Below, one piece after another: positions 22,884 to 34,589 of a DNA stretch of 43,350 nucleotides. The stretch is taken from positions 1 through 43,350 of the forward strand of contig NW_021834959.1 in NCBI RefSeq assembly GCF_006345805.1. Reading direction: 5' to 3'. Made by a program: the position numbers and the translations under genes. Numbering within the stretch: the first letter of the stretch is position 1; the number at the start of each line of letters is the position of its first letter. The stretch is from Octopus sinensis (taxonomy: Eukaryota). The notes beneath the pieces were generated by a model that made no database searches, was not told where the DNA came from, and saw only the letters and a list, made by a program, of their open reading frames with translations.

Positions 22884-23200
22884 TGTCTCACGTGCATATA
22901 ACAAGGTAAAACTTTTTGCATATGTGAAATATCGTTTGATTGATCCGACCACGACAGACGTCTTCTCCATATTGCTATTTACCAGTGAGTGATAAACATA
23001 TTGGTCAAAGTCCCAACGGAATTTGAACTCCGAACATAAACATATAAGACAGAACCAATAGGAATAGAATCTTCAAATTCGCTCTATTACAATATGCTAA
23101 TACTTGTCATTTCGTAATTTCCAAATATCTATCACTTTTACGATAGTGTCCACGTATGTAATACAGGGATGGGAAAAACAGCAAGAAAAATAACCATGTT

Positions 23201-23617
23201 AGGCGCAGGAGTGGCTGTGTGGTAAGTAGCTTGCTAATCAACCACATGGTTCCGGGTTTAGTCCCACTGCATGGCATCTTGGGCAAGTGTCTTCTGCTAT
23301 AGCCCCGGGCCGACCAATGCCTTGTGAGTGGATTTCGTAGACGGAAACTGAAAGAAGCCTGTCGTATATATGTATACATATATATATATAAGTGTGTGTG
23401 TATATGTTTGTGAGTCTGTGTTTGTCCCCCTAGCATTGCTTGACAACCGATGCTGGTGTGTTTACGTCCCCGTCACTTAGCGGTTCGGCAAAAAGAGACC
23501 GATAGAATAAGTACTAGGCTTACAAAAAATCAGTCCCGGGGTCGATTTGCTCGACTAAAGGCGGTGCTCCAGCATGGCCGCAGTCAAATGACTGAAACAA
23601 GTAAAAGAGTAAAAGAG
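23201..23617 (+). mobile_element. Family C SINE, full length
   Basis: Head aggcgcaggagtggctgtgtggtaag, internal (TA)n(TG)n, tail gtaaaagagtaaaagag. Confidence 0.92.
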
Positions 23618-24087
23618 TATGTGATCCTATCTGCTTCGCGTTTATTTTCTAAATTTTGTGGTTAATGGATTTTAATGGCGTCGTCTCCCTTTAGAATTGA
23701 ATTACCGCTCGATGGAGTTTTTTCGGACAAATTTAAATGCGTAATCTCAATTAAAGGAACTTTGCAATCCACAAAATTAGATGTCTGTGGCCCTTCTGTG
23801 CCAGTATTGATTAAGCAGGATAATCCTCTGAGATTATGTATTGCCATAATTTCGTGTTTCTCTCTTCAGTTTGCTATACATACATATATATTATTGTTTT
23901 TAACTTTCACTTGCTGGGGCAAAATGAGTAAGACAGGGTAAATTTGCCTCTTCAATTGTTCAGAATTATATTTGAAAATATGTTCATACACATCAATATC
24001 CATCCTTTGACATCAGAAAGATCTGAAATGTAAGAAAGACAAATTTAAATATCTAGGTGAAATATAAGAAGCTCATAGAAAAATGGC

Positions 24088-24818
24088 ATACTCTTTTACT
24101 TGTTTCAGTCATGTGACTGTGGCCATGCTGGAGCACCGCCTTTAGTCGAGCAAATCGACCCCAGAACTTATTCTTTGTGAGCCTAGTACATATTCTATCG
24201 GTTCTCTTTTTGCCGAACCGCTAAGTGACGGGGACGTAAAAACAGCAATATCGGTTGTCAAGCGATAGTGGGGGCGGGTTGGGCAAGCACAGATACTCGC
24301 ATACGTACGTACATACATACATACATACATACATACATACATACATACATACATACCACATATATACATCCATCATAATATAACATACATACATATATTA
24401 TATATAGAGAGAGAGAGAGAGAAAGAGAGAGAGGCGGAGAGAGAGAGAGAGAAAGAGAGAGAGAGATTTTCTTTCAGTGTTCCTTTCTGTAGAAGAGCGT
24501 ACGCTCGAAACGTTAAAGGCTTTTTCACTTCCCGAGCGTTATACTATTACATCTGATTGTTGTCTACATCACATTTCTTTCTCTTTTGTCTTTTTGTGAA
24601 TTCTCCCTATACATATACATATATATACGACGGGCTTAATATATATATATATACGATGGGCTTCCTTCAGTTTCCGTCCACCAAATTCACTCACAAGGCT
24701 TTGGTCGGCACCTGGCTATAGTAGAAGACACTTGCCCAAGTTGCCACTTAGTGAGACTGAACCAGGTACTATGTGGTTGGGAAGCAAGCTACTTACCATG
24801 CAGCCACTCATGCACCTA
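24088..24818 (-). mobile_element. Family C SINE with a family D element inside its internal microsatellite
   Basis: 3' half at about 24088-24295 and 5' half at about 24626-24818, separated by SSR plus the D copy. Confidence 0.85.
24466..24612 (+). mobile_element. Family D copy 4 (hammerhead-like motif 24482-24519)
   Basis: ccttt CTGTAGA a gagc gtac gctc GAAA cGTT aaagg. Confidence 0.75.
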
Positions 24819-24825
24819 TTTCTTA

Positions 24826-25063
24826 CCTCTTATCGTTCACTTGTATCAGTCACCAGACTGCGACCATGCTGGGGCACAGCCTCGAATTTTTAGTCGAACG
24901 AATCGACACTAGTAATTATGTTTTTATATTTTAAGAAATGATAGTATAGGTTTCTTTCGCCGAATCTCTAAGTTACGGGGACGCAAACACACCAACACCG
25001 GTTTTCAAGCGGTGGTGTGGGACAAACCTAGATATAAAGACACACAGATACATAGATATATCT

Positions 25064-25108
<45 letters not shown>

Positions 25109-25258
25109 TCATGACGGGCTTCTTTCAGTTTCCGTCTATCAAATCCACTCATAAGGTCGTCTCGAGGCTATAGTAGAAAACACTTGCCCACGGCGCCGCA
25201 GTGTGACTGAACCCGGAAACATAGTGCCGGGAAACAAGCTTCTTACCACACGGACACG
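24826..25258 (-). mobile_element. Diverged family C SINE, tandem to the previous copy
   Basis: Colinear with the family C head, SSR and tail. Confidence 0.8.
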
Positions 25259-25477
25259 ATGTATATATATGTGTGTGTGTGTGTGTGTTGAAATATGACA
25301 CGTTAAGGCACAAAAATGACGAAACATCCATGCCCATCACTCCCGAATGGGGCTTGGATAACTTTCAGATGTTTTAATACCTGGCGCTTTAACATAGTTA
25401 TCTTCACCACGATATGTCGACGCCTACCGACAAACACGCTGCCGTTTGTGCGTTAATCATGTGTTTGATATTTGTTC

Positions 25478-25916
25478 TTGTTGTTTGTTCCTTTTCGAGC
25501 CATGCCTGGCTCATAAGGGCCGGTTTCCCGGTTTCTTGGCGTATAGGTTCCTCACCTGGACGGGACGCCGGTCCATCGCAGGTGAGCTGCAAGATGCAGG
25601 AGGAAAGAGTGAGAGAAAGTTGTGGCGAAAGAGTACAGCAGCAGTCTCGCCATTAGCTTCTGCCGGAGCCGCCTTTGCCTTTCATCCTTTCGGGGTCGAT
25701 TAAATAAGTACCAGTTATGCACTGGTGTCGATATAATCGACTTAATCCGTTTGTCTGTCCTTGTTTGTCCCCTCTGTGTTTAGTCCCTTGTGGGCAGTAA
25801 AGAAATAGGAGCTTGGGTGTTTCGCTCATAGACACACATATCGTCCGGTCTGAGATTCGAACCCGCGATCCCTCGACCGCGAGTCCGCTGCTCTAACCAC
25901 TAGGCCATGTGCCTCC
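25478..25916 (-). mobile_element. Family B SINE, full length, interrupted by an A1 fragment
   Basis: Head 25916-25808; body resumes 25672-25478 with gcgatggaccggcgtcccgtccagg (V-domain-like by recall). Confidence 0.88.
25673..25807 (+). mobile_element. 5'-truncated family A1 SINE nested antisense in family B
   Basis: ctttgcctttcatcc...gtaaagaaata. Confidence 0.9.
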
Positions 25917-25973
25917 ACATTTTTGTTGTATGTGTGTGTGTGTGTGTGTATGTGTGAGTGAGAGAGAAAGAGC

Positions 25974-26026
<53 letters not shown>

Positions 26027-26033
26027 AGTGTGA

Positions 26034-26082
<49 letters not shown>

Positions 26083-26695
26083 CTCAGCATCTATTTCGGC
26101 ATAAAACCTTAATTTCAGACACAACTTTCTAATACCGCTAAATATCATGAAATGAAGGTTATCTCCCTTGTAATAACTGCGACCACCGAGGTAAAACCCC
26201 CTCTCCATTTATTTCTCTCCTTCACTCCTTCTTTTATTCATTCCTAGTTTCCTTTTATCAGTCTTTGTCGTTCATTGTCTTTCAATCGTTCAAGTATGCT
26301 TTCTTTCAAAATCTTCTATTTTTCATTCGTTTCACTCACTGACTCATTCATTTTTTTTCCTAGGATTTCCCACCCGCTTCATATTTGTCTCAATACCCAC
26401 CCCGCCCCCTCCCCGCTTCATTTCCATTCCCATTGATGTTTATCTCTTCCTCACACCACTGCATCCCACAAAACAAACAAACAAACAAACAACAAAAACA
26501 CAATCCCTTTCCCCCCCTCACCTCAGGTTCCCCCCCCTCACCTCAGGTTCCCCCCCCCCTCCGCCCCAAAAAACAAACATCCAAACATCGTCCTATCTGC
26601 TGCGGTAATCATTACAATTCCTCCAATAACATCCTGTTGCTAGGGCCACGTCATGCATCTTAACAGCCAATCCCTTTCACATGTTGATTCGTCCG

Positions 26696-26737
26696 CCTTC
26701 TACTACTACTACTACTACTACTACTACTATGCTGCTG

Positions 26738-26778
<41 letters not shown>

Positions 26779-27007
26779 GCTACTGCCACTGAAACTACTA
26801 CTGCTATTACTACTACCACTACTACTACTACTACCACTACCACTACTACTACTACCACTACCTCTACCACTACTACTACCACCCCACCACTACTACTACT
26901 ACTGCTACTGTTACTACTACTACTATTGCTACTACTACTACTACTACTACACTACTACTACTACCACTACCACTACTACCACTACTACCACTACTACCAC
27001 CACCACC

Positions 27008-27048
<41 letters not shown>

Positions 27049-27050
27049 AC
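26696..27050. repeat. (TAC)n/(CAC)n microsatellite
   Basis: Direct inspection. Confidence 0.95.
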
Positions 27051-27132
27051 ATTTACCTACAAAAAATTCCTTAGCATCATAACTTTAACCATTCATTCCT
27101 GTGATCTTGATCTCACCTTACTCTCTCTTTCA

Positions 27133-27163
<31 letters not shown>

Positions 27164-27287
27164 CTTTCACAAACACACACACACACACAATCTCTCTCAC
27201 ACGCTCTCTTCCTTTCTCTCTCTCTCTCTCTCTCTTTCACCTCAATTTGGTCGTCTTTCTTCCTCTCTTATATAGATATACATATGT

Positions 27288-27365
<78 letters not shown>

Positions 27366-27648
27366 ATATGCACACAGACGATCGAACACACCTCGACGAT
27401 CACACACACACACACCCACACACACGGACACACACTCTCACACACACAGACATGTCCTCCTGTGTGTGTGTGTATATCTATTTATCTATCTATCCAGTAA
27501 TGTATTGATCTATCGCTTTCTCTCTCATTTCGTTTTCACATTCTAAATCGCGCCTCTCGCCAATTCAGTTCGTAAATCACGCCTTTTTTTGCCAAAAGAA
27601 AAAGAAAAACCAAAAATATATCTTCATCTTCATCATCATCGTCATCGT

Positions 27649-27941
27649 CTACTTTTCCTCCTCCCCCTCTTCAAACTCCTCCTCTTCCCTTATCTCGGGC
27701 TTTATCGGCATCACTATACAGCACGCAGCCATAGGGTTGGTTCGTTTCCCGGAACTGTCTATGCTGGACAATCCCCTAGACAGGCAACTCTCTGAAACAA
27801 CATAATGATTCAGGGAGACATCGCACAATGTGTCGCAATCATAATTGAACTTAACCCTATAGGAATTGTCTGCAACTTCCTGGCGTTCATTATTATCCAA
27901 ATATGGCAGTCCATAATAGCCGTCAGTGTTTTCTCGACTTC
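27649..27941 (-). CDS. Candidate host-gene exon (unverified, product unknown)
   Basis: Minus strand has ctaac branch-like motif, pyrimidine tract and ag|G, then a largely non-repetitive frame open to TAG: SRENTDGYYGLPYLDNNERQEVADNSYRVKFNYDCDTLCDVSLNHY... No recognised domain. Confidence 0.2.
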
Positions 27942-28195
27942 CTAGAGAAGAGATTTATCGTTAGATGAAAGACAACTCTATCAGAATAAGTAAGTCTATA
28001 GAGAGGTTTGTTTTCTCTATAACTGAACCACTTAATGTCGGAACACTGCAGTTCCATCGTTGGAGTTTAGTGTTACTTCTAATCCAAAGTTAATTGCGAT
28101 GAAAATTTGAATTCTTATTACATCCAATACATTTTAAGGGAAGATAATTAACATTCACTTTAGGGGGAAAAAAATCTTATGGTTCTTTATGGTGA

Positions 28196-28278
28196 TGTAG
28201 TATTTGTATATGGTAAAGCGCTTCATATAGTCTTCTGTAGTATTTGTATATGGTAAAGCGCTTCATATAGTCTTCTGT
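28196..28278. repeat. Exact 40-bp tandem duplication
   Basis: tgtagtatttgtatatggtaaagcgcttcatatagtcttc x2. Confidence 0.95.
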
Positions 28279-28403
28279 TTTTATTTGAGAGAATAGATGG
28301 GACTCAATGATATTCGCTGTGTAGCTAAGCATTTTGTCCGACGTCCTAACGATTCTGCAGGCTCGCCAAACCATAAAGTGAGATTTTTAAAAAATAAATA
28401 AAT

Positions 28404-28612
28404 GTTTCCCGGTTTCAATGGCGTATGCGTTCCCCAGCTGGACGGGACGCCAGTCCATCGCAGCGTTACTCATTTTTGCCAGCTGAGTAGACTGGAGCAA
28501 CGTGAAATGAAGTGTTTTGCTCAAGAACACAACGCGTCGCCCGGTCCAGGAATCGAAACCATAATCTTACGATCGTAATGCTGACACCCTAACCACTAAG
28601 CCACGCGCCTCC
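28404..28612 (-). mobile_element. SINE with family F head/CORE joined to a family B-type tail
   Basis: Head and core match 21616-21755; tail gcgatggactggcgtcccgtccag...gaaaccgggaaac matches family B. Confidence 0.85.
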
Positions 28613-29016
28613 ACAAAGTGAGATTACATTTTCTAAAAGATTCTGTATCCTCTTATTCTCATTGCATAGTAGATAGGTTGTTGCACCCACAATCGCAAGA
28701 TTGTGATTTCGATTCCCGGACCGAGGAGGGGTTCACCTTCCTCCTTCTGCTTTTGCTTCTTCTTCTTCTTCCCTACCAAGAATTCACAACGACCTCGAAC
28801 CCACAAGAGTAAACAAGAGAGACAGAGACAGGCAGAAACAAGGAAACTGCCACTTGTATTTGAACACTATACAAATATATTTTTTTTAAAACTTTTCTTT
28901 TAATTTTTCTAAATTTAATTATATAATTGTTACAGTTGAAAAAGTCTCAATGTCTGAAACCGGTACTGAAATATTTTTTATAAAATTATTTTAGCATTTT
29001 CTATCTTGACTTGTTT

Positions 29017-29046
<30 letters not shown>

Positions 29047-29050
<4 letters not shown>

Positions 29051-29226
29051 AGAGTTTACGAGAAAAAAAGACGAAGACAGGTGGTGTACAAAACAAACAG
29101 ATGTATTAGTATAACGCTCAGGAACAGAAAAAGTATTTTACGTTTCGAGCCTACGCTCTTCTACAGAATGGGACACAGAGAAAACAAGGAGAGAAAAAAA
29201 TGTGTGTAGTGGCTAACGATTTATCA
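29047..29226 (-). mobile_element. Family D copy 5 (hammerhead-like motif 29133-29171)
   Basis: ccatt CTGTAGA a gagc gtag gctc GAAA cGTA aaatac on the minus strand; stem I is weakened. Confidence 0.75.
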
Positions 29227-29234
29227 TATATATA

Positions 29235-29361
29235 CGCGACGGGCTTCTTTCAGTTTTCAAAGCAACTCACAAACTTTGGCCGGCACGAGGTTATAGTAGA
29301 AGACTCTTGCTCAAGAGAGGACTGAATCCAGAACCATGGGAAGCTTCTTACCACACAGCCA
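29235..29361 (-). mobile_element. Decayed family C 5' half
   Basis: cgacgggcttctttcagttt...tatagtagaagactcttgc...cttcttaccacacagcca. Confidence 0.75.
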
Positions 29362-29789
29362 GTGGAGGCTGGTTTATCTAGGCCACCTATAAGCCAACGT
29401 GTTCTTCCGATTTTCCAGATGAGAAGATGCGTGCTTTGAAAGAAATGCGATTTCGCTGTTACTTCTAGCTGGTCGAAAGTACACGTGGATGCGCCCTACT
29501 TTTTGTGTGAATGTGAGCACTCTTGAAAATAAGTGTGTGCTTGTATGAATGGTACGTACGCGTATCTGTCTACGAGCTTCTCAGAGCGTACGCGTGTATG
29601 ATATTGCGAATATGATTTATAAATGATATATTATGTTCTCTGGCAAAAATTCCAGTTTACATTGGAACACAAAGGCACAGAACACATGTATCAGTTGTTA
29701 GTTCATGTTTAGAATATATTTGATAAGTCATCGGCTTAGATAAAAGTTAATTTATTATTTAATCCTAATGCATGTATATAAACAGACAA

Positions 29790-29854
29790 AAATTACAAAA
29801 TACGTGTATGTGTATATATATATAATATATTGTATATTAGGGCATATATATTAT

Positions 29855-29904
<50 letters not shown>

Positions 29905-30422
29905 CATATAGGTATACACACACACATATATATATATATGTATATACATGCAGGTCTGTGAATACATACGCTCATCTAGCATACACAAATACATATATAC
30001 ATGTGTATACAAATATGTATATAACTCTTTATACATATACATATATGCATACTAATAAATATTTTTACGTGTATATATATGTGTGTTTACATGCACATAT
30101 GTATGTATGTACGTACGTATGCATGTATGCATTTATGTATGTATGTACTTATGCATGTATGTACGTATGTATGTATGTATTTATGTATGTATGTATGTAT
30201 GTATGTATGTATGTATGCATGCATGCATGCATGTATGTATGTATGTATGTATGTATGTATGTATGTATGTATGTATGTATGTATGCATGCATGCATGCAT
30301 GCATGTATGTATGTATGCATGTATGTATGTATGCATGCATGTATGTATGCATGTATGTATGTATGCATGCATGTATGTATGTATGTATGTATGTATGTAT
30401 GTATGTATGTATGTATGTATGC
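29790..30422. repeat. (TA)n then (TATG)n/(CATG) microsatellite
   Basis: Direct inspection. Confidence 0.95.
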
Positions 30423-30555
30423 GCATTGATTGTGTTTGGAGTAAATTTGACAATGATTTGTCATCTGTTCGGAAACAGTTTCATATATTGGTGAATAGTC
30501 GACGGCGTTGGAGAGCATAAAGATTGAAGTTGTAGTTGAGAGAAAGTTAGCTAAC

Positions 30556-30909
30556 ATGGAGGAGTGGAAACCATCTGAATATTGGAAAAGCGTTATATGT
30601 ATCATGATGATTCGCGCTGGGTGTCAAAATGCTGATATGATAACTGCTGTTTAATGTTCTGTGAACACTGTAGAGGTCATAAGAATTGACATGGACGTCA
30701 TGAAGACCAATTCTCCCAACTGGGATGAGCTTTTGGTTTGTCTCTAGTAAGGGTGACGTCTGCTGCCCAACAACTTTGAAGAAGACCTTAGGTTCAATTC
30801 AGACGGCTATGTGAAGCTGCTGGAAACTTTGGTGTTAAAATTCTGGCTGAAAAGGGTTACTGCTGGAAGGCTTCATGTTTGACAGCAGGATTCGGCTCCT
30901 TGCAATGCT
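30556..30909 (+). pseudogene. Tc1/mariner (maT/DD37D-like) transposase relic, left part, internally deleted
   Basis: MEEWKPSEYWK...then...FNSDGYVKLLETLV..FWLKRVTAGRLHV*QQDSAPCNA. Confidence 0.75.
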
Positions 30910-31298
30910 TACTTGTACTTGTGGCGACATTCACCCTGGGTGGGTTGAGTCGGCTTCTTCTACCAACCTCGAGGCATCTCGAAGAAGCTGGAAGACGTTT
31001 CGTGGGAATATGTGGATTTTACAAGCGGTCCCCAACAATCCCGCATGTAGAGACGTCATGTTTGCCGCAGATTGTCCGCAGACGCAGGGACAGAACGACC
31101 GAGGAGCCGTCAGTTGCCGAAGCAGACACTCCGAGGATTTTCACCAGAGTTATGGCCCTAATACCACTCGGTGTCAGACCAATCCGCCTTGGGTGACCCT
31201 ACCAGGAACCGAAGTTCCCGACGGCATAGCTCTGACACTACCCATTGCCAGCGTCCCCACCACAGTGAGGAGGGGATGGACTTTGGAGACGGAATAGC
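30910..31298. mobile_element. GC-rich ~390-bp insert splitting the transposase; unassigned (possibly RTE-related)
   Basis: Transposase frame resumes across it. It has a (caagta)2 tail-like repeat on the minus strand, and gggtgaccctaccagga...cccgacggcatagctc resembles RTE 5' UTRs by recall. Confidence 0.45.
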
Positions 31299-31478
31299 TC
31301 CTGAAAGAGTGAGAAGTGTTTGTCAGCGAATTTCTACAATTTCACTAGTATCTATTTCTGGCTTTGCATTTCCCCCGATTGAAGTCCCAAGGGTTAATAA
31401 GCGTGGGGAGCGGTTGAGAATGACACCAACAGCTTTACCTGCAGCACTAAGGCCAAGATTAAGGCCATGTCCGAAGAC
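31299..31478 (+). pseudogene. maT-like transposase relic, right part
   Basis: S*KSEKCLSANFYNFTSIYFWLCISPD*SPKG**AWGAVENDTN...KIKAMSED. Confidence 0.75.
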
Positions 31479-31484
31479 GAAAAG

Positions 31485-31548
31485 GACGGACGAAAGATGG
31501 TAAGCATTTTACTCGGCCTGCTAACGTTTCTACCAGCTCGCCGCCTCA
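31485..31548 (-). mobile_element. Family A head fragment
   Basis: Reverse complement gaggcggcgagctggtagaaacgttagcaggccgagtaaaatgctta. Confidence 0.75.
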
Positions 31549-31560
31549 AGGATAATAATA

Positions 31561-31929
31561 ATCCTTTCTACTGTAGGCACAAGGCCTGAAATTTCGAGTT
31601 TGGGGGAACGAGTCGATTACATCGACCCAGTGTTTCACTGGTACTAATTTTATCGACCCCGAAAGGATGAAAGGCAAAGTCCACCTCGGCGGAATTTGAA
31701 CTCAAAACGTAGGGGCAGACGAAATACCTATTTCTTTACTACCCACAAGGGGCTAAACACAGAGGGGACAAACAAGGACAGACAAACGGATTAAGCCGAT
31801 TATATCGACCCCAGTGCGTAACTGGTACTTAATTAATCGACCCCGAAATGATGAAAGGCAAAGTCGACCTCGGCGGAATTTGAACTCAGAACGTAGCGGC
31901 AGACGAAATACCACTAAGCATTTTTGCCG
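31561..31929 (-). mobile_element. A1 SINE (31729-31929) joined head-to-tail to an A2 SINE (31561-31728)
   Basis: On the element strand the A1 tail aaagaaata is followed by ggtatttcgtctgcc, the same position at which the upstream unit's body starts. Confidence 0.88.
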
Positions 31930-32119
31930 CTTTCTCAATAAGGATAACAACAACAACAACAATGATAATAATAATGATAATAATAATAATAATTACAATA
32001 ATAATAATAAAAATAATAATGAAGTAGATTGACAAATATATTTTTTGAACCAGTTGAAGACACGAGATGCCGAAATATCGTTCACTAGATAACAATGGCA
32101 CTCTTCTTTTAATTTTGAT

Positions 32120-32166
<47 letters not shown>

Positions 32167-32799
32167 TTATGTTATTTTTGGCAGAAGGCCAAGGAATTTT
32201 GTGAGTAAGGTAGCTCAAAGCTCAACTGATATTTTTCTCGAGCCCAGAGTGTTAAAAAGGCAAAAAATTTTAATCAGAATGCGTAGTAGGTAAATCTTTC
32301 TTCGACCCTAATATGTAACTGGTACTTCTTAACAGCCTGACAAGTGAGAATTCCTTCGCGATTGAAAATCAGAAATGTAAAGAGCAAATAAATTTTGCAA
32401 GCCATTTTGTCTGCCTCTCAATGCCGATTCGGCCAAACAAAACATCTTTAAGAATGATAATTGATTCAAATATAGGCATAAGGTCTGAAAATAAGGAAGA
32501 AGGGAAATTGGTGGATTGCTATTTTGTGCTGTATTTTATCGATCTCAAAGGGATAAAAGGAGAGTTTGACCTCAGCGGGATTTGATCTGAGAACTTGAAG
32601 AATCGGAAATAACAACAGCAGAAACAACAACAAAAATGATTATTAAATAATATCAATTTTATGATTCTTTAGCTTTATTGACCCCTGTTTCAACTCTCTC
32701 TCCCTCTCTCCCTCTCTCTCTCTCTCTCTCAGACACACACACACAAACACACTGAGTGAGGTTGAGCTATATTCCTTTGTGTGCTGTTTTATACTCTCC

Positions 32800-32849
32800 G
32801 CTTTGTTTTTTATTCATTTACTTATTGCTATTACCATTATTAATATTAA

Positions 32850-32885
<36 letters not shown>

Positions 32886-32914
32886 CATTATTATTAATAT
32901 TATTATTATTATTA

Positions 32915-32949
<35 letters not shown>

Positions 32950-32960
32950 ATTTATCTATT
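32800..32960. repeat. (ATT)n microsatellite
   Basis: Direct inspection. Confidence 0.95.
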
Positions 32961-33217
32961 TATTTATATTATGTTTTTTTTTTTCCTTGTTATCTTTTTA
33001 AGGTTGCACATTTATTCCAATTATTGGTTCTGTCCACTTGGAAGGACAATGAGACCGAAACTAGTCGAATTATGTCTTATATTCTCGATCGTCTCTTTGC
33101 AGTTTTTCCCTTTGTTCTATTTCATGTGCATTTTTTCTTTCCCGCTTTTTTTTCTGGACATATTTGTGTGGGAATACATACATACATACACATATATTTG
33201 CATGCGTATGTGTGTGC

Positions 33218-33256
<39 letters not shown>

Positions 33257-33368
33257 TATATATATATGAGCATGCATGTGTATATTTATATATATATGCA
33301 TATATATAATGATATATATATGTGTCTGTGTATGTATGTATATCTATATAAGTATATTTATGAGTGTG

Positions 33369-33403
<35 letters not shown>

Positions 33404-33460
33404 GCATATACATGTGCATATACATATATATACGTGTATATGAATATTCGTGTTTACATA

Positions 33461-33498
<38 letters not shown>

Positions 33499-34123
33499 TA
33501 TATGTGTATACATGCAGACACACATACTCACAGAGAGAGAGAGAGAAATGAAAGAGATATATGTACGCACACATTCACATATGCACACAAGCATGCACAC
33601 ATGCGCACACACCGCCATCCATCCCTCCTCTCATCCATCCAACCACACATGTACACACACGCGTACAATGACGCCTTTTGTTATTACTATCTGTTTATAT
33701 TTGTTTATTTATTTAACATTTCTTCCCTTTTGTAGCGGTTATGATGGCCATAGTGTTTAGGATTCGCTTTGTATTTCCTTAATTTCCTATGTCAGGATCA
33801 CCTGGGACAGTTAAAAGAACGCGCTCTTTCAAGCCAAGCCAGCAGCCACGGAAAAAAGGGCATAATGAAACAGACCCTATAGCCAAGTCGCAATTGGTGT
33901 ATATTATATGGCGTTATATAATAATATAATATCTCTTATGTAACATAAAGTTTATTGTTTGGGCAGCAGCTAGGAAATAATGAAGAGTTAATGTCTAAAA
34001 CGTCCAGCGAGAAAATTACGTCCACTTCAGTTTAATAACCGACCGCTATACGTGTAGGTGTAGGCGTGTGGATACATACATACACACACACACGTACAAC
34101 ATATATATACATATACGCACACA

Positions 34124-34196
<73 letters not shown>

Positions 34197-34206
34197 GTGT
34201 ATATAC

Positions 34207-34257
<51 letters not shown>

Positions 34258-34589
34258 TGTGTGTGTATATACATATATATATATACACATATATATATAC
34301 ATATATATATGTATGTATGTATGTATGATATCCATACTTCTATGTATTAATATATCTCTGCTCATTTGTTTGTATATCCGTCTTATAGAAGTGACCATAT
34401 ATGTGTGTGTGTGCGTATGTGTGTATAGATAGACAAATATATCTATATGTGGGTGTATATATTCTCATGCGTGTACACACACACACACACATATGTATAA
34501 ACACACGCACATATGCAGACATGCGCACATCTATAAACACATTGCGAAATGACGCGGGAGAAGTCAGATCATAAAGGAATTTGATAATC

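Noticed and set aside
30-28612. tRNA-like sequences (heads of families A, B, C, F)
   Set aside because: They have A/B boxes but no complete acceptor stem, and they continue into SINE bodies, so they are not tRNA genes.
28933-28968. cag TTGAAAA...GAAAC cg GTA ctg, hammerhead-like
   Set aside because: Two core mismatches and no convincing stem II; at best a dead relic.
30920-31264. Solo LTR (TGTGG...CCACA)
   Set aside because: No TSD, and the insert extends beyond these ends on both sides.
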